Assembly (NCBI GenBank): GCA_039589315.1
Contig: JBDHHQ010000081.1
Span: forward strand, 1 to 19,081
Reading direction: 5' to 3'
Source of the DNA: Gemmatimonadota bacterium
GTDB taxonomy: Bacteria > Gemmatimonadota > Gemmatimonadetes > Longimicrobiales > Gaopeijiaceae
DNA: 19,081 bases
A program made the position numbers and the translations under genes. The notes beneath the pieces are model-generated. The model was not told where the DNA came from. It did not search any database and worked only from the letters and a program-made list of their open reading frames with translations. This document shows, piece after piece, positions 1 through 7,405 of the stretch. Position 1 is the first letter of the stretch. Each line of letters begins with the position of its first letter.

Positions 1-367
1 TGTGATAGCTCGGTCGCGTACGCGGGATTCGCCCCGGCTAGGCCCAACTCGCGCGGCAGGTTGTAGCAGTACGCCTCGACAGCTTCGCTTGTGTCCAACA
101 GCTCCACCTGTACGTGTTCTCGTATGTACTCGCGAACACTCGGTTCCGAGTAGAGCGCGCGAGCTTCCTGGTCGGCCAGCTCCATCACGATTCCATAGGC
201 GCGACTCGAAGCGGATCGCAGCAATGTTGCTCGCTCGCCGATGTGGATGCGGTAGTCGGGTAGCACTGCGGGCCCGATAATCTCTGGGTGATAATCTCTG
301 GGTGAAGACCCTTCTCAGTGAGTAGAGACCGATCCATAAACAGGCCGTAGAAGAAGATCTTGCTCAT
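1..367 (-). pseudogene. Gamma-glutamylcyclotransferase (GGCT/AIG2-like) family gene, frameshifted by a 14-bp tandem duplication; 3' end lies beyond the window edge
   Basis: N-terminus MSKIFFYGLFMD matches the GGCT-type F-x-Y-G start motif. Removing one copy of GATAATCTCTGGGT (276-289/290-303) gives an open frame to base 1 by my hand translation: MSKIFFYGLFMDRSLLTEKGLHPEIIGPAVLPDYRIHIGERATLLRSASSRAYGIVMELADQEARALYSEPSVREYIREHVQVELLDTSEAVEAYCYNLPRELGLAGANPAYATELS. This shows the GGCT-like L-x-D-Y-R, Y-G-I-V and A-Y-C-Y segments. As written, the frame ends at 185 (60 aa). Confidence 0.8.
276..303. repeat. Exact 14-bp tandem duplication GATAATCTCTGGGT x2
   Basis: Read directly from the sequence at 276-289 and 290-303. 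Confidence 0.97.
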
Positions 368-827
368 GGGTTCGGAGCTGTCCGCCTAGCCGGCCATTCT
401 GCTGCACGGAGGTCCCAATCTACCAGCTGATGCGTCATTTCAGATTACGCGGTAACTACGGCACCCCGTTCGGTAGACACCGCCGGTTCGGCTCATTGCC
501 GCCGAAGTTGCCGTAGTCTGCGCTTTCCCTGCTTCCCGCTGACAGCGCACCTGGTTGCCCCGCTCCGCTTCCACGCGCCGCCATCCCAGGCGGCCCGGGG
601 TACGCTCGCACGGTAGGCTTCGCCTCTCTCAGTACCATGAACGGACAGGGCCAGCGCCGCGAATCCGTGGTACCGATGCGGAGGTCCGTGAGGTGTCTTC
701 CAGCAGGCCAGGCAAAGGCCCAGCTCAGGGGGGGAGTGGGCGCGAGCCCTCGACCGAGCTTGGGCCGAAACGCAGGTGGCGCAGCACCGACTCGCGGGAA
801 GGGCCCGGCAGCGCCGGCCACACGCGG

Positions 828-2084
828 CTATCGACCGATCGCTTCGTACGTGAGCCGCTCGACCGTATCCATAACCCCCAGGTACCCGAACGGAAGGACG
901 TGGGTCATGAAGACGCCGACCAGATCCTCCGCAGGGTCCATCCAGAAGTAGACGTTGGTCGAGCCGGCCCACCACATCTTGCCCACGTTGCCGCCGTCCG
1001 GAAAACGCTCGGCATCGTAGAGGTAGGCGAAGCCGAACGAGAAGCCCGCACCGGGCCAGAAGCTATCCGGGTTCCCCGTCGCTTCCAGCCGGTTGCTGCG
1101 TAGAAGGGCGACGCTCTCCTCGCTGAGGATCGTGACACCGTCCAAGGTCCCTCCCAGCATGATCATCTGCAGCAGCCGTGCGAAGTCGGGTGCGCTCGAC
1201 ACCATCCCACCGTTGCCGATCTGATCCCAGCCGCCTCCGCCCGAGGCCGCTCGGGGAGGCGACCGGAACGGGCTCTCCTCACCCGTCTCCATCCTCTCGA
1301 GCCCGCCCTCCGTGGAGTTGTAGAAACTCGTGAGATCGCCGAGCCGGTCTTCGGGCACGCTGAATCCGGTGTCCCGGAGCCCGAGGGGCTCGAAGACGCG
1401 CTCGGCCATGAAATCGCCGAGCGATTGTCCGGTGACTCGTTCAATGAGCGCGCCCACGACGTCGTGGTGCAGACCGTAGCTGAACCGCACGCCGGGCTCA
1501 CCCTCCAACGGTACGTCGGCCAGGCGCCCGGCCCACTCGGCCAGCGACCACGGATGGCTCCAGTCCATGCCCAGAGGGTGTACGGGCTCGAGGAGCCCGG
1601 CTTCAGCCAACGCCGACTGATACGGCTCCTCGTAGCCGTACCCCATGCCGCCACTGTGCCGGAGGAGGTCCTCGACGGTGAGCTGGCGGGTCGTGGGCAC
1701 GGGTGCGCCGTCTCGAGCGAGGACGGTCAGCTCTCCGAACTCCGGCAGGTACCGGGACACCGGTGCGTCGAGGACCACGCGACCCTCTTCCACCAGGGTC
1801 ATGAGGCCGACCGACACCCAGATCTTGGTCGCCGACGCAAGGCGGAAGATCGAGCGCCGATGCACGGGGGTGCCCGATTGGACGTCGTCGAAGCCGACCG
1901 CGGTCAGCTCGAGCAGGTCGTCACCACGCATGACCAGGTGAACTGCTCCGGGCAGCGAGCCTCGCTCGACGTGGGCCTGAAGCGAGTCGCGCACGGGCTG
2001 GAAGGGGTCCGAATCCTGTGCCACCGCGGCTGGTGGGATGGAGAGAAGCGCCAACGCCGTCAGTCCCATCCCGATCCATCTCAT
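828..2084 (-). CDS. Exported serine hydrolase, beta-lactamase/AmpC fold (family VIII esterase / peptidase S12-like)
   Basis: IFRLASATK (SxxK), LLRHSGG, PGVRFSYG (catalytic Tyr), GGMVSSAPDFARL and WWAG motifs. Sec signal peptide MRWIGMGLTALALLSIPPAAVA. The ATG at 2084 has GGAG 5 nt upstream; the ATG at 2096 is an alternative start. Confidence 0.9.
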   Translation of the reverse strand: MRWIGMGLTALALLSIPPAAVAQDSDPFQPVRDSLQAHVERGSLPGAVHLVMRGDDLLELTAVGFDDVQSGTPVHRRSIFRLASATKIWVSVGLMTLVEEGRVVLDAPVSRYLPEFGELTVLARDGAPVPTTRQLTVEDLLRHSGGMGYGYEEPYQSALAEAGLLEPVHPLGMDWSHPWSLAEWAGRLADVPLEGEPGVRFSYGLHHDVVGALIERVTGQSLGDFMAERVFEPLGLRDTGFSVPEDRLGDLTSFYNSTEGGLERMETGEESPFRSPPRAASGGGGWDQIGNGGMVSSAPDFARLLQMIMLGGTLDGVTILSEESVALLRSNRLEATGNPDSFWPGAGFSFGFAYLYDAERFPDGGNVGKMWWAGSTNVYFWMDPAEDLVGVFMTHVLPFGYLGVMDTVERLTYEAIGR

Positions 2085-2261
2085 GCCGTCTCCCATCCTC
2101 TTCCACTACCCTCGAGATCCGGAACGATCTGTCATTGCAGCCTATTGAGCCAAGCCTACGGGGTTTTGTGCCGGCTCGCGAGCCCAGGTCCAGACGTCAG
2201 ACCTCCGTTTCCTCGGTCTCCTTGCGGATCGACCGGGCAGCGTCGGTCGCGATCGTGCCGG

Positions 2262-3395
2262 TCATCGGTAGCCGTGATACGGGCGCCCCGTTGGCTCGTC
2301 CGGGGATCCGGGGTCCGGCCGCTCGTATCGTCCCGACTCCTGGTCGAACCATCGTTGCGTCAGAGCGGTTCTGAACGCCTCGAAGATCTCGTCCGCGTTC
2401 GCCTGGTCGCGCACGACCTCCTGGAAGACGCCCACGTACCCGATCGCCGCCAGATCGACGATGTTCACGAGGCCGTCATACGCCTCGCGCAAATCGTCCG
2501 TGACGAACCTCAGTGTGTCATCGCCGTAGTCGATCCCAGGGATGCCTTCCAGAGAACTAAGGCTCGCGGGCGGCACGGCACGGAGCCCCGCATGAATGGG
2601 TGTCGAGACCTTCATGACCTGGGCCGACGCAAGCCCCCCAATCGCTCGTCTCGCCCCGGCGCTGAGCTCGGCTCGGGCCTCCTCCAGGGGCCTCGGTGTC
2701 GCGTCATCCGCAGCCGTCGCTTCCTTCACCGTCACGAATTGGATCCAAGGCATGGTCTCGAGGTCCATGGCCAACCGGTCGTCACCCGAGGCGAACACGA
2801 CGGGCACGCCGACCCGACCCCAGGACAACGCCACCAGCTCCGTCTCCGTGATGGACTGTCCGTTGATCAGTAGGTCGATGCCCAACGTGAACGTGTGGGA
2901 CGCGAACCCTCCGCTCCCGGTCTTCGCGTGCATGCCGACCACGGCCACGGCATCGATGTCCTCGGACTCGGGGAGGTCGAAGTAGGTGTCGAATGGCGCG
3001 TCCCGCAGGATCTGGGTAGCGCGCGGGTCGAGGAGCTCGGATCGCACGTCCGGGTCCGGGTTCCCGCTCCCGTGACCGTCCGCCACGAGCACCTCGGTGG
3101 CTCCCCCGGCGAACAGCCCGTCGATGACGGCGTTGAGATCGGCCGCGAGCAGCTCCTGCCCGGTCGGGTAGAGGTCCGTGCCGAAGTCGAACGAGCTCGG
3201 ATCGCTCTGGCCGGAGAGACCCTCCATGTCGTGAATGATCAGCACCCGAATGCGGTCATCCGGCCTCGGGGTGGGAGCCTCGAGGGTCCAGGGGGTCGAG
3301 GGCATCGTCGGCCCAGTTTCGACGCTCGCGTCGGTCGGCCCACACGCGGCAATGCTCATACACAGCGCGGTCGCGAACAGTGATCGCACGTCCAT
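2262..3395 (-). CDS. M55 family metallopeptidase (DppA-like D-aminopeptidase), predicted lipoprotein
   Basis: M55 metal-binding and catalytic motifs HDMEG, ADGHG, VGMHAK, FASHT, SITETEL and VFASGD. Start reassigned from 3707 to ATG 3395, which follows AGGGGGGAGAGG and begins a signal peptide with a lipobox (MDVRSLFATALCMSIAA-C). Confidence 0.9.
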   Translation of the reverse strand: MDVRSLFATALCMSIAACGPTDASVETGPTMPSTPWTLEAPTPRPDDRIRVLIIHDMEGLSGQSDPSSFDFGTDLYPTGQELLAADLNAVIDGLFAGGATEVLVADGHGSGNPDPDVRSELLDPRATQILRDAPFDTYFDLPESEDIDAVAVVGMHAKTGSGGFASHTFTLGIDLLINGQSITETELVALSWGRVGVPVVFASGDDRLAMDLETMPWIQFVTVKEATAADDATPRPLEEARAELSAGARRAIGGLASAQVMKVSTPIHAGLRAVPPASLSSLEGIPGIDYGDDTLRFVTDDLREAYDGLVNIVDLAAIGYVGVFQEVVRDQANADEIFEAFRTALTQRWFDQESGRYERPDPGSPDEPTGRPYHGYR

Positions 3396-3692
3396 CCTCT
3401 CCCCCCTGATAGGCGTTGACTTCATACGAGTATAGGCCGGGGGCGTTGCCAGCACATCGCCTGGGTGACTGGCGCCGCGGGCGACGCCGGACCGTGGCCT
3501 ACGGGGTCGGTGGGAACCTCGAGCGTCCGTCACGGCATGGGTGAGGTGGGGCGAGGGCTCTGCGGGGTGCCGCCGGTGCCCAAGACCCCCACCGCACGTC
3601 ACGGGAACCCGAGCTGCACGACTGGCCACCAGGGCGGTTGCCGTGGCGCCGGGGTGAACGCTCGGGTGGATGGGATGAAAAAGGGGAAGAGA

Positions 3693-5003
3693 ATGGGATC
3701 GCGACATCAGACTCGTGCATCATCCGGAGACCGCAGAAGGCGCCTGCACACCTCGGCACCTCTCGCCGCACTCGCGGTGATCGCCACCATGACCGGCTGT
3801 TCGGACGACGACCCGGTGCCCCCGGGGCCGGACAACAATCCGCCCGTGGCGAACATCGACGCCAACCCGCTCACCGTTCCCGCGGACGACGGCAACCAGA
3901 CGGTGGTGACCCTCGATGGGTCGGCCTCGTCGGATCCGGACGGTGATGTGCTCACGTTCGCCTGGAACGTGCCGGGAGGGACGTTCGTGGGCGGTACGAC
4001 GGCGTCGAGTGAGATAGCCCAGGTGACGTTCCCGGGCATCGATCCGTACACCGTCACGCTGACGGTGAGCGACGGGCGAGGAGGGACGGCCCAGGCCAAC
4101 GTCACCATCGGGCTGGGGCCCCCGCCCCCTGCCAACCGTCCACCCACGGCCAGCTTCACGGCGGATCCGACTGACGTTCGGGAGGGCGACGCCAACCGTA
4201 CGACGGTGACGCTGGACGGATCGGCTTCGTCGGACCCGGACGGCGACGACCTCACGTTCTCGTGGGACGTCCCCAGCGGCACGTTCGTGAACGGCACCGA
4301 CGCGGTGAGCGAAGCGCCCCAGGTGACCTTCCCGGGTACGGCACCGTACGTCGTCACCCTCACGGTGGACGACGGCAACGGGGAGACCGACCAGGTCCAG
4401 GCCACTGTGGGCATCATCCCCAACACGCCGCCTCAGGCCAACATCGAGGCCGACCCCACGTCGGTGCCGCCCGGTGACAACAACCAGACGGTGGTGACGT
4501 TGGACGGATCCGGATCGTCCGACGGGGACGGCGACGCGTTGACCTACAGCTGGGACGTCCCCAGTGGCACGTTCGTGAACGGGACCGACGCTACGAGCCA
4601 GGTGGCCCGGGTCACGTTCCCCGGTTCTGCGCCCTACCTGGTGACCCTCACGGTCGACGACGGCTTCGGCGGCACGGACGACGCCCAGGTCACGATCGAC
4701 CTGCAACAGCAGGCCAACCAGCCGCCCACCGCGGTGGTGTCCGCGAACCCAACGTCCGTTCCGGCGGGTGATGGCAACAACACGGTGGTGACCATCGACG
4801 CCTCCCAGTCCAGCGACCCGGACGGAGACAGCCTCACGTTCTCGTGGGTGGTCCCTAGCGGCACTTTCGTGAACGGCACCGGCCCGGCCGACCCGACGAT
4901 TCAGGTCACATTCCCCGGCGCCGCGCCCTACACCGTGCGCGTCACCGTCGACGACGGCAACGGCGGCAGCGACGAGGCCAGCGTCACGATCACGCTCGGC
5001 TGA
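3693..5003 (+). CDS. Predicted lipoprotein composed of four tandem PKD/REJ (Ig-like) domains
   Basis: Four ~96-100 aa repeats of the form NxPPxA...VTLDGSxSSDPDGDxLT(F/Y)xW.VP.GTFV.GT...VTFPG..PY.VTLTVDDG.G. Hydrophobic signal with lipobox-like MTG-C followed by SDDD. The ATG at 3693 follows AAGGGGAAGAGA; the ATG at 3675 is an alternative start. Confidence 0.88.
   Translation: MGSRHQTRASSGDRRRRLHTSAPLAALAVIATMTGCSDDDPVPPGPDNNPPVANIDANPLTVPADDGNQTVVTLDGSASSDPDGDVLTFAWNVPGGTFVGGTTASSEIAQVTFPGIDPYTVTLTVSDGRGGTAQANVTIGLGPPPPANRPPTASFTADPTDVREGDANRTTVTLDGSASSDPDGDDLTFSWDVPSGTFVNGTDAVSEAPQVTFPGTAPYVVTLTVDDGNGETDQVQATVGIIPNTPPQANIEADPTSVPPGDNNQTVVTLDGSGSSDGDGDALTYSWDVPSGTFVNGTDATSQVARVTFPGSAPYLVTLTVDDGFGGTDDAQVTIDLQQQANQPPTAVVSANPTSVPAGDGNNTVVTIDASQSSDPDGDSLTFSWVVPSGTFVNGTGPADPTIQVTFPGAAPYTVRVTVDDGNGGSDEASVTITLG
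3834..5000 (+). repeat. Four intragenic ~290-300 bp domain repeats starting near 3834, 4131, 4419 and 4713
   Basis: Aligned by eye from the translation. Equivalent D-x-N-x-T codons start at 3888, 4188, 4476 and 4770 (periods 300, 288 and 294 bp). Confidence 0.92.
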
Positions 5004-5167
5004 TGGGCGTTCGACGCCGCCGGAGGAAGCGGGGGGCCATGCCCCACAACGATCTCGGCCTGGCCCCGACAGACGGTACGCAGCTGATACGCTAGGGTCG
5101 GATCGGGCGCGTCCGTTCCGCGTCCCGGTCCCCTCCCCCCCGGGACCGCTGCCGATGGGCCGGCGCT

Positions 5168-5253
5168 CCGAGGCCTCGACCATCGCAGGGCTCAGTCCTT
5201 CGACGGCTCGGTCAATCGAAGGCTCGACCCACGAGGGCTCGGCCCATCGAGGC
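5168..5253. repeat. Degenerate ~16-bp tandem repeat (about 5 copies) between convergent genes
   Basis: Units ccgaggcctcgaccat / cgcagggctcagtcct / tcgacggctcggtcaa / tcgaaggctcgaccca / cgagggctcggccca / tcgaggc. The CTC cores are spaced 16, 16, 16 and 15 bp. Confidence 0.6.
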
Positions 5254-5302
5254 GTACCCTCGTCGACCCAGGTCGGGCCTTCGGCGGGAAGCGCACTCAG
5301 GA

Positions 5303-5770
5303 TCAGCCCGCCCCGCCACCCCCCTTCTTGAGCACGGCGATCTGGCCCGCGTGATACAAGTTGTGCTGGACGACTCCGTCCAGCATGACCCCCACGGTGT
5401 ACCTGCCGTCGGGGGACCGACGCTCGAGCAGGGCCGGCTCGGCCTGCTCGAGCATCTGGTCCGTTCGCACCACCGCGGCCTGGAGCTCGGCCACTGCGTT
5501 CGCCCAATCCGCCTCCGACGCGGCGGCCGGTGGGAAGTTCTCCTCGTCCGCCACCGGCGACCAATCCCCCTCGGCCCTGCGCCGGGCCACGTCGATCCAT
5601 GTGGTGATGTGTGGAACGAGCTCAGCGATGGTGTGCGCGGTTGCGATGGGGCGGGTGGTAGCGGCCGCCAGGTCGACGCCCTCCAGCAACTCCAGCAACG
5701 CCGGCCCGTGCCACGCATCGCCCCGGAGAGAGCGCTTGAGCTGGTCCCGGATACGGTCGAGATCGGTCAT
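5303..5770 (-). CDS. DinB/YfiT-family protein (four-helix bundle, putative metal-dependent)
   Basis: GDAWHGPAL...HTIAELVPH...HNLYHAGQI, giving the DinB His triad. Start set at ATG 5770, after a GGGGGA Shine-Dalgarno-like sequence. Confidence 0.9.
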   Translation of the reverse strand: MTDLDRIRDQLKRSLRGDAWHGPALLELLEGVDLAAATTRPIATAHTIAELVPHITTWIDVARRRAEGDWSPVADEENFPPAAASEADWANAVAELQAAVVRTDQMLEQAEPALLERRSPDGRYTVGVMLDGVVQHNLYHAGQIAVLKKGGGGAG

Positions 5771-6083
5771 TCGGTCCCCCGGTTCAGGCTTCCATGTTTC
5801 TGCACGTAGGACGTCCCGCCGGCTGGGCCCGTGAAAAGCGGCCCTCGGTCGTGGACCCATGGGATGCCACGGTCGCTGCACGCCGGCGGAGCTCGACCCT
5901 CGCTGGACTGCTGGCGCAGTCGGATCCCCAGCCGCACACTGGGCAGACACCGGACGGCATGTCCACCCCCGCTCGGCCCGGTTCCACCCCGTCGTGAGGC
6001 CAGGCGGACCCCCGTCGTCCTACATCAGGTCGCTGGTTCGACGGTCCGGATCATGGCCGTCGCGATTCGTAAGGAGACGACTG

Positions 6084-7316
6084 ATGAAGCTCTGGTCATT
6101 GGAGGGGCTCTTCCTGAGTGTGGTCGCGACCGGGTCCCTCCTCGGTGCGGGCGGGATCCCCCAAGAGGACTCCACGCTTCGGGAGCAGGCCCGGCGCCTT
6201 CACCGGGAGGTCCTGGTACTCGACACCCACGCCGATCTGACGCCGTTCCTGAAGAAGGACACCGAGCCGCCGCTCATCACCGAGCCGGATCTCTCCGGCC
6301 CGGCGTACGATCCTGCGGCCGATCCTCTGCATGCGCCGGTGCTCAGCAACTGGATGCGGTCGTTTCCTCCCGGCCCCTGGCGGTTCACCGAGCGGCACTC
6401 CGATGGGTACATGGACCTGCCGAGGATTCGCGACGGCGGCCTGGACGCCGAGTTCTTCGCGATCTTCATGGAGCGGGAGGTGCGTCCGGGCATGGCCGTC
6501 AAGCGCTCGCTCGGGCAGATCGAGGCCATCAGGGCCGCGGCTGACAAGTACCCCGACCACATGGCTCTGGCGACGACGGCGGAGGAAGTGCGGCAAATCG
6601 TCGAGTCGGGCCGCCTCGCTGCCCTGATGGGCGTCGAGGGCGGGCACATGATCGAGGACGACCTGCGAGTGCTGAGGATGTACCACGCACTCGGCGTCCG
6701 ATACATGACCCTCACCCACTGCTTCAACACGCACTGGGCGGACTCCTCCGGCTGCGGCGGGCACGTCGAGGCGGAGCACGGCGGCCTCAGCCCATTCGGC
6801 GAAGAAGTCGTACGGGAGATGAACCGGTTGGGAATGATCGTGGATGTCTCCCACGTGGCCGACGAGACCTTCTTCGACGTCATGGAGAACACCCGGGCCC
6901 CGGTGATCGCGTCTCACTCGTCCGTCGATGGTGTCAAGGATCACGCCCGGAACATGTCGGACGAGATGCTCGAAGCCCTGGCGAGCAACGGCGGCGTCAT
7001 CCAGATCAACGCGGTGATCAAGTACATCGACCCGGTGGAGCGGGAGAGCACGCCGCTGAGCGTGTTCATCGACCACATCGAGCACGCCGTTCGGGTTGCG
7101 GGACCCGACCATGTGGGGATCGGCCTGGACTACGGCTACACGGCCCCCGCCCCGGTGGGGCTCGAAGACGTGTCCAAGCTCGAAACCGTGACCTACGAGC
7201 TGCTCAAGCGCGGCTTCGACAAGAAGGTGGTCCGCAAGATCTGGGGCGAGAACACGCTGCGTGTCATGACCGAGGTGGAACGGATCGCATCGACCTCGGA
7301 GAGGCCGGTGTCATGA
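6084..7316 (+). CDS. Membrane/renal-type dipeptidase, peptidase M19, with signal peptide
   Basis: DTHAD, GVEGGH, YMTLTH, IVDVSH, IASHSS, ARN and DHVGIGLD motifs. AAGGAG lies 7 nt upstream of ATG 6084, and the N-terminus is hydrophobic. Confidence 0.93.
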   Translation: MKLWSLEGLFLSVVATGSLLGAGGIPQEDSTLREQARRLHREVLVLDTHADLTPFLKKDTEPPLITEPDLSGPAYDPAADPLHAPVLSNWMRSFPPGPWRFTERHSDGYMDLPRIRDGGLDAEFFAIFMEREVRPGMAVKRSLGQIEAIRAAADKYPDHMALATTAEEVRQIVESGRLAALMGVEGGHMIEDDLRVLRMYHALGVRYMTLTHCFNTHWADSSGCGGHVEAEHGGLSPFGEEVVREMNRLGMIVDVSHVADETFFDVMENTRAPVIASHSSVDGVKDHARNMSDEMLEALASNGGVIQINAVIKYIDPVERESTPLSVFIDHIEHAVRVAGPDHVGIGLDYGYTAPAPVGLEDVSKLETVTYELLKRGFDKKVVRKIWGENTLRVMTEVERIASTSERPVS

Positions 7317-7405
7317 TCGTCTCGGCCGTCCTCCTTCCCTTCGCGCCTCATCGGTGAGAGACTTCTGGATCGTTCGAACCAAGCCCAATCTGAACACCGA
7401 TCATC

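Noticed and set aside
495..640. Plus-strand fragments resembling an integron integrase N-terminus (PPKL, W, RFH, RRHP)
   Set aside because: The match needs several frameshifts and a stop, the spacing is wrong and no catalytic tyrosine-recombinase region follows. It is probably chance; a frameshift-aware search against IntI would settle it.
828..2084. Calling the serine hydrolase a beta-lactam resistance gene
   Set aside because: It lacks the AmpC YxN and KTG motifs (it has YGL and WWAG), which fits family VIII esterase-like enzymes.
3500..3670. Hairpins upstream of the PKD gene (ACCCGAGC 3607-3614 / GCTCGGGT 3660-3667) as a riboswitch, and GGAACC as an ECF -35 element
   Set aside because: I see no recognisable aptamer motif, such stems are expected at this GC content, and there is no correctly spaced ECF -10.
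3396..3707. N-terminal extensions of track ORFs (2262..3707, 3465..5003, 5303..5950, 5859..7316, 9070..10200)
   Set aside because: The extensions are low-complexity and overlap neighbouring ORFs. Internal starts with Shine-Dalgarno sequences, and signal peptides where exported, fit better.
3720..5600. 626-aa minus-strand ORF, and similar long ORFs at 1425-2873, 6096-7112, 7193-8506, 7507-9015, 10005-11843, 11919-13025 and 14590-16332
   Set aside because: They overlap well-supported genes in antisense or alternate frames, are rich in Arg/Gly/His/Val and show no motifs. This is the usual shadow-ORF effect of high GC3.
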